Origin: Owenia fusiformis
Taxonomy: Eukaryota
NCBI GenBank assembly: GCA_903813345.2
Contig: CAIIXF020000001.1
Location: 42,284,001 to 42,348,000 of the forward strand
Reading direction: 5' to 3'
Length of the DNA: 64,000 nucleotides
Made by a program: the position numbers and the translations under genes. The notes below the pieces were generated by a model that had not been told where the DNA came from, searched no databases, and was given only the letters and a program-made list of their open reading frames with translations. Below, piece after piece: positions 38,710-51,682 of the stretch. The stretch's first letter is position 1, and each line of letters begins with the position of its first letter.

Positions 38710-39695
38710 GACTTTGACCCCAAGTCGCCTAGTAATGGTTCACCAAGCATCACATCATCTCCCGAATGCCTTGAAACACCAATACCTAGATATTGACCTC
38801 GACCTTGAGATGATCTTGAATTGAACCATTAAATGATGACTGACCTCATGTCACCTTATCATGAGTCGCCAAGGGCCACTTCACGACAGCAGCCCATGTG
38901 GCCTTAAAACGCCAAACACTAATATATTGAAATTTGACCTTAGATTGACCTTGACCTCAGGTCACGTTTCAATGGAGTCAAGTGCAGCAGCCACTCCAAA
39001 ACGCCAAATATTTAGATATTGATCTCTGGCCTTGACCTATAAAAATGACACTGATCTCAGGTCACTTTATCATTGGTGATCAAATGTCAGTGTAGCCACA
39101 AACAAGCCAACTACCTAGATATTGACCTTTGACCTTACTATAATTTTGAACCATAGATATTGACTTTGACCTCATGTCACCTTAGCTTGAGTTGGCAAGG
39201 GTTATAGCAGCCCCCAGGGCTTCAAAATGCCAAATACAGATATTATGACCTTGTAGGAATGACCTTGACCTCAGAACACATATCAATGGGTCCTCACATG
39301 AAGCAGCATCCCCAAAATGCCAAATATTCAGATACTGACCTCTGACCGTGAGATGACCTTGACCCATAAACAGTGACATTGACCGTAGGTCACTTTATCT
39401 TTGGTGATCAAATGTTACTGAAGACCCACAGTTGTCAACTATCTATGACCTAGATATTTGACCGTTGACCTTGAAACTACCTTGAAATCACCTTATCATT
39501 GGTCGCCAAAGGTCACAATTGTTCTCACGTCAACTTGCTAGATATTGACCCTTGAACTTGTAATTTCCTTGATCCATTCAGACCTTGACTTCAGGTCACC
39601 TAATCATTGGTCGTGGAGGGTCAAATCAACGACCAGGTGTCTTAAAAAGCCAACTACCTAAATATTGACATTGTACCTTGAAATGACCTTGACTT
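38710..39695. repeat. Degenerate TGACCT-rich tandem array (~110-130-bp units)
   Basis: Recurring CCTAGATATTGACCTT...GACCTTGACCTCAGGTCAC...TATCATTGGT units. Confidence 0.8.
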
Positions 39696-42600
39696 TTGTA
39701 GTATACACTTTTTATGAACAAAAATGGAACATTCAAAGTTGAAAACTGACCGTTTGAAAATTGCTGCTAATGTTTCACAACGAAGGTATCTGTATTGTAA
39801 AAGTAATGTTCGAATTGAATAAACTCAAAGAAATATACTTCAATTATATAATTTTCTATCAGACTAAGTAAAATTGTAACTGTTCTAAATGTAAATGTTG
39901 CAATGAAAGCTCACATATATCTTGTTGCATATCAGTCTAGTGCAGCTGCTACAGGTATCACTCTGACAAACATCGGTGAACAAATCAAACTTGATGTGAT
40001 GCAAATCGGTATCTTTTAATTTGGCGTCCACGCAGAATGTTGGACAAAATGGCTAACTGTTAGATAAACCATGAATAATAGAATTGTCAAAAGTTGCATT
40101 TATAAAATCAATTCCTGCCTCATCACTGTTACACCCATTACTACAAGATGTTGTCTCGACTAGGTCACTGTCTGCAAGCTAAAAAAGTATCAAAATCACT
40201 GCCTACTTTATCACAATAAACGTTAGTTACAAATAATTTCAGTAAAATGCAAATAGAAGGCCCATTTGATATTAATATGGAAAGATAGTCAACTTTGGTG
40301 CGGTAATTTTACTGCAACAACTACATAATATATGTACATGTATAATGCCTTTTTATTCAAAAGTCAATCATTGTATTCCTATTTAACATATTAAAGGATT
40401 TTTATATATCTGAATAATCGTTATATTCATTTTTGGCAAAGTAAATAATCATAGGGCTCACACAAGGATCAACTTTATTGAAGACTTTTTGTACTGGTAT
40501 ATGCCCTGCAGCTCTAAGAGCAAGAGCAATGAATTGCGATTTTTAGTTGAAACAATGAAACAAACACAATACCACCATTACATTTAATATTTAACAAACA
40601 CAATTGTGTTAAACTTAGTAAACTTTGAAATCATCACTAAATATGAAAAAGTTGTAAATAAAGTGGATCCTTGTGTGACCCCTATAATTATTTACTTATT
40701 GCCAAAACCTAACATAATGGTAATTGAAACATTTAGAAAACACTGAATAAGTAAAATAGGAATATTATGATTAGCAACAGTGACTTTTGGATTAAAATGG
40801 CATTTCAAGGTCAGCAATATATAATTCTTCACCATTATTGTTTTAAATAAAAAGATCACACCCAAATAGACTATCATACATATCAATATCAAATATGGCT
40901 CTTATTTCATATACTCACTGCTATTATTTGAAAAACATGATTTTTTCAAACTCATATTTTTGACGGTTGCACCTTGGGGTGTCACCTTTTTAACTACAGA
41001 CAAGTGAAAATGAATAGTCAATGAACCAATCTATAATGACTATGGGCCACTTCTTAGTAATCTACCTCAACATCGATTTAGACTAACTAAGCCACTTTGG
41101 AAGTGATTTGGCGCATACTATTTAGCACATTTGATTGTGAAACACTTTTCATATTCTATACGAATTTTTCATATGTAATAAAGTATTTATAGGGGCTCAA
41201 CTCACAAAAGTGACATTCACAGTAAGCATATCGTACAAATAATGTCTGGTCTGGTTCCAATAAAATGTTAATAGAAATCAAAATGAAATCTCAAATGTTC
41301 TGGATTGAAGTTCTAGTCAATTGGAATATTGGGACATCACAACTACCTGTGTCTCAACAGTTTAGTTATCGCTACCCTAGTCGATATTATGGCCGGTGAT
41401 CTTGTCAAGGTTGAACTAAATTATATCCCGAAGTTGACCATCGGTTATGGTATCCATATTTGCTAAATCAGGCCAACACACCTGGCGCTAGTGACGACTT
41501 AATCAGCTTTATCCTAACCCTAAAATGGAACACGTTTACACGCTCATGTGACGATTTTCAAAAATTTTCAAAAATTTATCTTTATCATCAATTTTCGACT
41601 TATTGTAATTGAGGAAAAAATTGAGAAAATTTGAGGGTATTGGAAATAAAGTCAAATTACGTTCCCATCAATAGTATTTTCATCGCAGGTTTAGTAAATA
41701 AAAATTCAAAGGTAAAGGGGCTTTAACACTTAGTTCAATGGGGGAGCTAAGGTTGCCAAACTTATGGAGGGGAGTGTATACGTATTCTAAATAACTTATA
41801 TCGAAAGCTCTCTTAGTACTAACGACATTTTGACGTTTTCGTTGTTGGAAATTATGAGTTGCGATCCTGGGAGCCAATCCTCATTGCTTTCTTAAGGAAG
41901 AACAAGAACAGCAGTTCGGCCATCTGATTGCATCCGAATTTATGCCAGAATAAAGCTATTCAATATATGAATTACATCTCCCCCAGCGGAAATCTATCGG
42001 CGGCTACTTCATGCAACAGAGGCTCTCTGCTTGACTAGATTTGCCAATTTCATAATTAAAGATTACATCCATGGGGCCGGGGGCTCAGGTGCCAAGGAGT
42101 TGAATTTGATAAATTTACCACGCTAAGGTGCAGTGGTAGTTAACAGGAAATGACAAAACAAAAAAATGACCAAACTATGCTGGATTTTCAAAAATTTTGG
42201 AACCAAGATAACAGAGTTCTGTTTTGGCTACGGACCTGCTATATATCCTAACTTCAGGAGCTCGCAAACGCATTATTTGCACGAATCGAACGTCATATTC
42301 TCGTTATATCGGAAAGTTCCTATTTCTGTTCGTTGGCGATGCTATTATGAAGCAGCCAAATGGCAGAAGAAAGTTAGTTTTTGCATTGTAGCAGTCTATT
42401 ACTTTCCTGGTTTTGTTTTTACCTCTATGTATGTAGATGAGGATTAACTAATTAAAGTCAAAAATATTTTGCTACCTACAGTATGTGACCTCATCGTGAC
42501 CCCACTCAGGTGTCAAAACTTTATGTATAATAAAAAAATCCTTTCCATGTCAATATTTTCTAGATATGTTAAAATTCAAAAATAAACCAATGCTGATTTT

Positions 42601-45600
42601 CTGAACAGCTCAAAAAAAGAATATATTATGTTTTAAATATTATTGTACCATGGGTTTCTATGAGAACTAAACTTTTGAAATTCATTTTTTTCTCTGGACC
42701 ATTTGCATGTTTGGACGAGTTCATTTCATTAGTTTTAAAGGAATTCTAAAAATATATCACACTTTGATAACTTTGGGTAAGACTACAATATAAGCGTGGC
42801 TTAAGCCTAAACTTTATACGAGGGCTTCAATTTTTTTCTTCATTTTACAAGAATATGTATGAGATTAAGACCCCATATCAATTTCTTGGCATTAATCACT
42901 TTGTATACCTTTGCCGATGTGGTGAAAATTGAAACAAATTATTTGCTAATGGGACCTTTATAAACAAAATTGCAACGGATATCATATTGATGAAAGATCT
43001 AGTACGGGACAATATATCTCTTGCTGATTTATTTTGTTCATTAGCGTTGGTACATATTAATGGTTGTTTAAACACACATTACGACCCTCAAGGCTCAAGG
43101 AAAAATAAGGAATTAAGCAATCATTAGTTTTACAGCCTTAGTTATACCTCTCCTCATTAAAACGGAACGGGGAAAAGCAATCATGCATATATTTCTGACC
43201 ACAATGGACACGAGTTATACAAACCGTGACTTGGAAACACTAAGGAAACATCATATGAATGCTTAATGAAATTAATTTGGGATATATTGAATCAAATGGT
43301 CAGTTATTAAATTTTAAAAATGTTGATTTTGGATTTCCTCAAATAACGTTGCAACTTGCAGTGGTTGTCACATGTCTAGAGTCTAGACCAAGGATCAAAA
43401 TGGTTCCTTTACTTAATATTAGAGTATGAAATCAAGTCTTTTCCAAGCCTTACTTCTTTACAGATCGTTCGCAGATCGCTAAGTGCTTCGGTACTGACAA
43501 CATCCCAACATTTATCGTTGAATTCCACAGGGATCTACTCTTCCACCCATCTCATAATATACTCGTACATCAACGCCTTACTTACATCACAGGTTTAACA
43601 GTTCATCACATATTCGTATGATAATTTTATTTCCTCATTTTCCCTTTCCTGATGATAGTATCGATATTTGAATGGACGTGCCAATATTCTAAATATGCCA
43701 CTCGCCTTACTAACTTGCACATCGAGATAGTCAACTTTTGAAACTATATACGGGATTTTTGTTAAGGTTGAGGTCAAAAGGTTTTACCTCTTCATAATCC
43801 ATTTTATAGAATGAAAATGAACTTTGCAACTAGCAAAAGAGCAGTATGTTCAGAAAATCCGATCCCATTTGTGAAACTGTTCAACTTATCACAGCTTCAA
43901 TCGGAGCAGGAGCTGGCAAGAGTCATATATCCATAAATTGAAGACAAATTGGACTGGGCGCCAGGGTTTGCAATGCTCAACATGCAACATTCCTAATTTT
44001 AAATTTTGATTAATACTGCGTTTTAAGGTCTCTATTGGCCATTATTATGTTAAATTAGTATTCAAATGGAGCCTCGCGTCCACAATTTATGACCAAAGTG
44101 AAACAAGAAACATTGTGACATTGAAATTTAAAGCGATCTAAACAAAATTTATGATGCTCAAAATCACTCGATGGAAGTAATATAATACATAATTGGACTT
44201 ACGGATATCAAAATGTATTTGACATTCATGTCCCTGTAAATCAGCATGGGAGCACAAGTGTCACCGGGAGAAAGAACAAAAACCTATTAAAATGATGGGT
44301 ACAATTGGTCATAGGGGAAAATCGTCCCCAGCATTTCAACCAATATCATTTTCAACAGTTCAAACCTATCTTACCATACACGAACTATTGTCCCGATTCA
44401 GTACTACAAAATGGTACATTTCGCTCATACTGAAATCACAGTCAGACAATGCACGTCAAAGAACGATTGAAAGACTACATAACTACTCATATCATAGCAT
44501 TATCTGTTTTCTAGAATAGTTTTTGCTCACACAAATACATCAATTCACAAGATCATTCAATATCAGCTAAAGTTGGACAGACACAATGACTTATCTGGTG
44601 TGCATATCGTTAATATTCATAAATTATAAATATTATATCATTATATAATATATATTTCTTCTTTCAGATTAAGTTGTTTTTGCTTTTAAGTCTTGTACAT
44701 AATTATAATGACTATTATGCCTCCTAGCTCTAAATTGGAAGTTAAATATATCTTTGAAAGAATTGTAAACGGGTATAATTAGTAATACGATATGACATTT
44801 CATTCCCTTGAAAGTAGCAGATATACTACTTTTTGTCATCCTTAATATTTCCATTAGGAATGAAATGCAAAATTGTAGTTGGCTCAGATGTCTAGCTAAT
44901 TTAATAACTCGTAAAAGAACAATATGTCAGCAAATTGTATTGTCATCTTGACCGTCAAATAAACCAGTACGATTGCCACTGGGAGTGTAATTGGAATGTA
45001 GAGATACCTCAAGAAAAGCCGGAGATCGCCGAAGATTTTCTTTGCAAACGAAGTTGGCCGAGGGTACCACGAATGTGAAGAGGACGTCTCTAATTGGTCA
45101 AAAATAGGGGCTCGGCATTCTCCGTCAGATTGAATCGGCAAAATTCGGTCGTATGGCTTACCTCCGGTTGTATGGCTTACCTTCGGCTGCATAGCCCAAC
45201 CTCGATTGAATGGAAAAGATGCAAAGAGACACCTCAAAGAGATAATTCTTGATATTTCAAGAAAAGAAGGAAGAGGAAAAAAATTAGTCAACAAATGAAA
45301 ATCTGCTGAATGAGTAAAAATCCAGTGACCTACGTTTCAAAGTACAAAAGATGAAGGTGACTGGATTTTCTCCTCTTCATATATCGGGAAAATTTGTTAA
45401 TCCTCGTCTAATAAACAGAATATGTATCTTTGTCTTTGGGAAACCTAGGATATAGACCATCTGAGAACTTTTTAACCGTTTGCACTTGTGTTCCGATTAA
45501 TTTAATTTCATAATAACAACTATTGGTTTTCTGACGTACACGTGCACTTTTACATTTAAGCTAAAAATAAATATTCCAGACTTTACGGAAAGATATTAAC

Positions 45601-47746
45601 CATCATTTGATATGATAAAATAATATTATACAATCCTCATACAAAACAGCAACCAACTTTTCAAGTTCAGATATTGGGATGTCATAATATGAAGTCGGTT
45701 AATATAGCCTATGGCAATGGCATGGCATTTCTTATTTCAATAAGCTCAGATTGACTTAATGATTATATTTATGAAATATGAGAATTCATCTTAAATACAC
45801 ATTTACACCAGGAAACAGTTCCCGTATGCTGACGAGTAATCTGCATTTGTGTGATTCTGTAATTATGATAGTAAGTTGGTAGTAATGTTCATTCAACCAT
45901 CACGGAAAGAGAACTATTTTCTCTCAATATATCATATTTTACAGCTTTCCAAGTATAACCTCGGTACAACTAAACTACAGATTCCCCGTTGTTTATGATC
46001 AAATTCTACTTTTTAAATTGTTTTTCTTTTGGTTCAGTGACTTAATTAATCCTTATTTAATAGCAATGACATCAAATTCACTTTAATGTAAAGATTATTA
46101 TCGTTCAGCGGTTTTTGAATAGGTTATGGCGGCGTACAAGAGCCAAATGACAAAAGAAGATGGTTAAACAATTCAACGATTCCATTAAACGTTTTAAACG
46201 TTGACGATATGGCTCTGACATTTAACATTGTCAATGATAAAGCAAATGGAGATGACCTACTCAAAAACATACATCGGTGACGTTTCGGTATTTCAAATAT
46301 ATCAACAATTAGCAATCGATGTGTTTTTGCTAATATCTTGTTTCTAATGGACCGGCGCAAAAATATATCTTCTTTCGCCTCGATTATAATAACAATGTCA
46401 GATCAAGGCATTAGCATGCAAAATGTCAGCACCTGCCATTTGTTACAGACGCCAACCGGCGAACTCCAAACACCAACCGCTAAACACCATCCACAAAAAG
46501 TAGAAGACTATAGCAATATGTCACCTCATGAGGTGGTGACATAAAAACGTCGCTGTATTGTAAGTTTGGATATTTTTATTTAGATAAAGTTATGTCAAAG
46601 TTAGTACGTTTTTCTTGGTGTAGTGTGTCATTTCTCGTTGATATACTGTGAATGTGAAGACTTGAAAAAGCAACGACGTCATCGATGCAAACGGTAGCCC
46701 TCAATTTGGTAAAATACGAACATATTATCTTTGAGGACTTTCAGTATATTACAAGATATAATGTACTCATTTAAATTAACGAACAAAAATGTGCAAACAA
46801 TGTTTACAGACATAAAGATACGAACAACGAATGCAAATGTCCAATTTACGAAAACCAAACATTTAACGCCTCCTCAAATGAACTAGCATGGGTAAATTTT
46901 GTCACGACAAAGTGACATTATCAGACATATTTTTTAATTTCAAAGTCGGGGCCAACGATTTTTGGCCCCTACCTCTTGATTTCCCGCACGGCCCATGTAC
47001 AGGGTGGGCAAATAAAAATTGGAACATTTTTCTATTTATTCAATTGTCTCTATTATTGCAGTTCAATCGACAAAAATTCGGATACTAGTAAAACGGTGAA
47101 ACGATTCTTTGTGAAAATGCGACGAATGTGTCATATTCATTTGCGGTGAATGACAGATTCACTTGCGGTCTATGGCATTGTCACTTACCAATGAGAACGC
47201 GATACGGAAGTACGCAAGTGTCAATACATCCATTGAACGAACAGACAAAGGCTTATAAATATATCACAATGATTACTGATTCACACATAGCTAGGCAAGG
47301 TGTGTCCGATTCCAGCCAATGCGTATAGAGTATTCACATAATGAATAGTGTGTGAAATATCAATAACACATGCAAGGTCTCTAGTTAAGCAGTTGTCATG
47401 CATGGTTATGAGTGGATTCTTCACATTGGATTTGATGACTTGCCAACTTGACCCTTGCAAAAGATCTCATTGAAAATGTGTTCATTTGGTGATTTCGTTC
47501 CTTTTAGATGATTTTATAGAAAAATTTGCAATGTGTGAAAAGATGTAAGCCCAAGACTCAATGCATTGTACCTGCTTCATTCCACTTAGGCGTTGTTTTC
47601 TAAACTTTGCATTCCCGCTGCACGGTCATGCAAAGGTTTGGAAACAATACCTTCATGGTATGATTCAGCAAACAATTCACTGAGTCCAGGGCTTAAATTC
47701 TTTAATCAACAGGTCAGTGCATTGATTACATCAACTAATACTATAT

Positions 47747-49166
47747 TATAAGTTATTCAATGATTCGAGTGAAATACAGAAAATATTCTTCCCGAGAAGG
47801 TCTGTATTTCACGATGGGCTAGCAGGGTGAAATGCAGACATTCAAGGGAAGAATAGTTCCTGTGCAAGATAAATCATTGAATAACGTTTTTATTCCATGA
47901 TCACTCAGATAAAACTCCCCCAAATCAAGTCCGTTTCTTTGGCCTGGGACCGGAGAAATAGATCAACCTTCTCACCTCATATAATTTTTGATGGTATTCC
48001 TTCAAAATCGTTTCGGCCTTGTTAGCTTTTATTGTACGGCACTTTTGATTTTCAGTATTTTCTCTTGAATTTCATGAGCTGGAAGTGCAGTGTAGCGAAA
48101 CGTTTTTTCGACTTTCGTCAGCCATATTGGATTTTTACAAAATACTCAATCGACTGGGCGCCGTAGAGAAAATTGGAGCAAATGTGACCAAAGCATTATG
48201 GAGTATAAGGGCTGGTTTGAATTAATACCCAAGGGCCTTGACCCGAGGCTAAAGTACTCATAAACCCAAGTATGAATGGTTTATCTAACCTACACCCACG
48301 GTGACTCTTATGAAAGTAAATGGCCCATGATCCAATTTAGATCTGTTTTAGTGCATTTCATGTGACAGTGAAAATCCCTTGGAGATATTCTGTATTCTCT
48401 CTATTGCTATTGAGATTGTCCCCTCCGTACCAATATTTTCTGTATTGCTACTGAGATGATCAATAGTGACAATCCCAGTAGCAATACAGATTGGTACAGC
48501 ACAATAATGGACCAATCAGAGGGCTTCATTTTACAGATCATACGATAATATAAGTTATTGAATGATTTGAGGTGCAATGCAGGTTATATTCTGCTCGAGA
48601 AATTCCGTATTGGAACGAGACGAAGTCGAGTGCCAATACAGAATATCTATAACGTTTTTATCGTGTGATCCTCTGTATTGCTACTGAGAATGTCCCATCC
48701 GTTCCAAATTTTCTCTGTATTGCTCTGGAGATGATCAATGAGGGCAATCTCAGGAGCAATACATATTGGTACAGCACAAGAACTGACCAATCAGAAAGCT
48801 TCATTTTACAGATCATACGATAATATAAGTTATTGAATGATTTAAAGTGCAATACAGGATATATTCTGTTCGAGAAATTTTGTATTGGGACGAGACGAAG
48901 TCGAGTGCCAATACAGAATATCGAGACGAAGTCGAGTTCCAATACAGAATATCGAGACAGCATATATCCTGTATTGCACTTCAAATCATTCTATAACGTT
49001 TTTATCGTGTGATCCTCTGTATTGCTACTGAGATTGTCCCCTCCGTACCAATATTTTCTGTATTGCGACAGAGATGATCAATGGGGACAATCTCAGTAGC
49101 AATACAGATTGGTACATTACATGAACTGACCAATTAGAGGGCTTCATCATACGGATCATACGATAA
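47747..49166 (+). mobile_element. Head-to-tail array of double-hairpin elements (Crypton-like non-autonomous)
   Basis: Unit = TTATTGAATGATT...AATCATTSWATAA-CGTTT-TTATCGTGTGATC...GATCATACGATAA; units separated by TATAAG (47747-47752, 48549-48554, 48824-48829); central hairpin ACGAGACGAAGTCGAGT. Confidence 0.65.
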
Positions 49167-49298
49167 TACCTCATGTCATTATTCGTATTTAACTTTTTTT
49201 ATTCGTATGCCACATATTGAGACTTGGGTATATTGGGTATAATAGTTTTTCACGTGTATTATGAATTAGATTTGCTTGATATGACCAGATGTCGAAAG

Positions 49299-50681
49299 AC
49301 AAGACACACAGTGATAAATATCGCACTTTGAAGAGCAAACTGGCCACCATGCAATTTACCCAGCATGGCCAAAACCTAATCAAACCTTGACACTAGTCTG
49401 CTCTTGCATCTGTAAACAATTCAAGTTGACAAGGTTAGCGGTTTTCCTGCAATTTTGATGACAAGAATTTATTTGTAGTCTTGAACTTTGGGAAAATTTA
49501 GATAACATTGTTTGTGACCTAATTTGATGACCTTCGACCTTGAAAATTTCACTTTTTCAGACCTCAGTAGGTGTTTTGTAATTAAGCTGACCTAAATTTA
49601 AATCCAAAATATCAATTTAGAAAATCAACTTTTTGACCTTTTCAATTTGGTCAATTTGGAGCAATTTGAAAAATTCAAAATGGCCGCCAAATTGAAAAAT
49701 TCAAAATGGCCACCATGTAATTCAGCCAGCATACCCAAAACCTCATCAGATCTTGGCAATAGTCTGCTCTTGCATCTGTAAAAATTTCAAGTTGAACGGA
49801 TAAGTGGTTTTCCTGGAATTTTGATGACAAGATTTGTTGAAAAATTCAAAATGGCCACCACGTAGTTTACCCAGCATGGCCTAAACCTAATCAGATCTTG
49901 GCACTAGTCTGCTATTGCATGTGTAAAAATTTCAAGTTGAACAGGTTAGCAGTTTTCTTGGAATTTTGATGACAAGAATTGATTTGTTGTCTCAATCTTT
50001 GAGAAACTTGGATAACATCATTTGTGACCTAGTTTAATTACCTTGACATTCGACCTTGAAAATTTCACTTTTTCAGACCTCAGTAGGTCTTTTGTAATTA
50101 AGCTGACCTAAATTTAAATCCAAAATATCAATTTAGAAAATCAACTTTTTGACCTTTTCAAGGTCACTGAAGGTGAATGAAAGGTCAAATTTGAAATCTA
50201 AGGTCAGATTTGAACTTCTGAGAACTTGCTGATGTTTTAAAAAAAGAATTTGGTCAATTTGGAGCAAGTCGAAAAATTCAAAATGGCCGCCAAATTGAAA
50301 AATTCACAATGGCCAACATGTAATTCAGCCAGCATACCCAATACCTAATCAGATCTTGGCAATAGTCTGCTCTTGCATCTGTAAAAATTTCAAGTTGAAC
50401 GGATAAGTGGTTTTCCTGGAATTTTGATGACAAGATTTGTTGAAAAATTCAAAATGGCTGCCACGTAGTTTACCCAGCATGCCCTTAACCTAATCAGATC
50501 TTGGTACTAGTCTGCTCTTGCATCTGTAAAAATTTCAAGTTGAACAGGTAAGCAGTTATCCTGGAAATTTGATGACAAGATTTGGTTTATGTGCCGCCCG
50601 CACGCCCGCCCGCCCGCCCTGCCGCCCGCCCAACAGCACAAGACGACGACAATATAGCACTTTTTCAAAGTGCGATAAAAA
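49299..50681 (-). mobile_element. Helentron-associated non-autonomous element (HINE/DINE-1-like) with internal satellite
   Basis: ACAAG end; subterminal IR TATCGCACTTTGAA (49319-49332) / TTCAAAGTGCGATA (50664-50677) with terminal hairpin; (GCCC)n microsatellite; tandem ~120-bp units AAAATTCAAAATGGCC...TTGATGACAAGA. Confidence 0.78.
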
Positions 50682-51682
50682 TGACCAGAAAATACAGCCA
50701 GGTACATAGGGTTTACCAGCTGTTCGTTATTTGGTTTAGTTAATTTTTTGACGCGTGTCTGTTCACAAATGCACACAGTTATTTTCATAAATCTGAACAG
50801 GGGGCCTATGACCTCTGAATCATTTGCATCATAAAGCAAAAACACAAGATTTATTATTGACATTATAAGTACTTATGGAAATTATTTGACTGTATAAGTG
50901 CGATATTGGAATTTATTTTTTAAAACTATAGGAAACTGTCAAGTAATAAATTACAAGTCACTTTAGGTTACAGCCATACATTCCCATTGTAACCTCGATC
51001 ATGGCTTCCAAATAAGCAAGAAATGATATAGCTAAGCAAATTATAGTCTCAAATTACTAAGACTCCGATATATAGTAATAATACCATATGAAAGTTGGCA
51101 TTTGCTTTAAGGATCTGGCCTGCTTATAGAGTTCAATTTACAAAGTGGGTAAATCAAATGTAACGAAAAACGTTTGTGAAAGTTACGATATTTCCAAAAT
51201 ATTAAGTACAAACAATTGAATTTGTTCCATGGATTATCACTCAATTCAATCGACATTTTAATCACTGTTTTATGTAACATTCTGGATGAGAAATTCGGTG
51301 TTGTGGCAGTGAAGATCAAATACCAAAGCATTGTTGGTCAGTATCTCGTAATATATTAATATTTAGCGTATTTTCTTTTTTACATGAAAATGTCCCCATT
51401 AATATTTTTGAATGTGAAAGTTGTCACCCGTTCATGAAAGCACTGATCACACACAATTTGAGAAATTATTGGCAGATATGAAACCTATTTAAATTTGCAT
51501 TTGTATTATTCAAAAGCGTTGAGCACAATGATTCCAAGCCCTCTGAAGTGGACTTTAATCCATAGATAATCCTTGAAAATGAGAACTATTTTTGGGATTA
51601 TATGGTGCAATCTTATAGTTAATAAAATGTTTTAAAGTGTATTGATGTTTTTTTAGTAGAAAGACATAAGTAAAATGCATGA

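Larger units (their letters stand above)
37286..41120. mobile_element. Academ-type (TAG...CTA) non-autonomous element with ~500-bp TIRs
   Basis: TAGTGTGCGCCAAA ... TTTGGCGCATACTA; 3-bp TSD TTT; left arm 37286-37534 plus 38444-38703 is the diverged reverse complement of 40615-41120. Confidence 0.82.

Noticed and set aside
43440..43780. Degraded minus-strand coding-like stretch (YLDVQVSKASGIFRIL)
   Set aside because: Multiple stops and only vague LINE-like resemblance; cannot be assigned.
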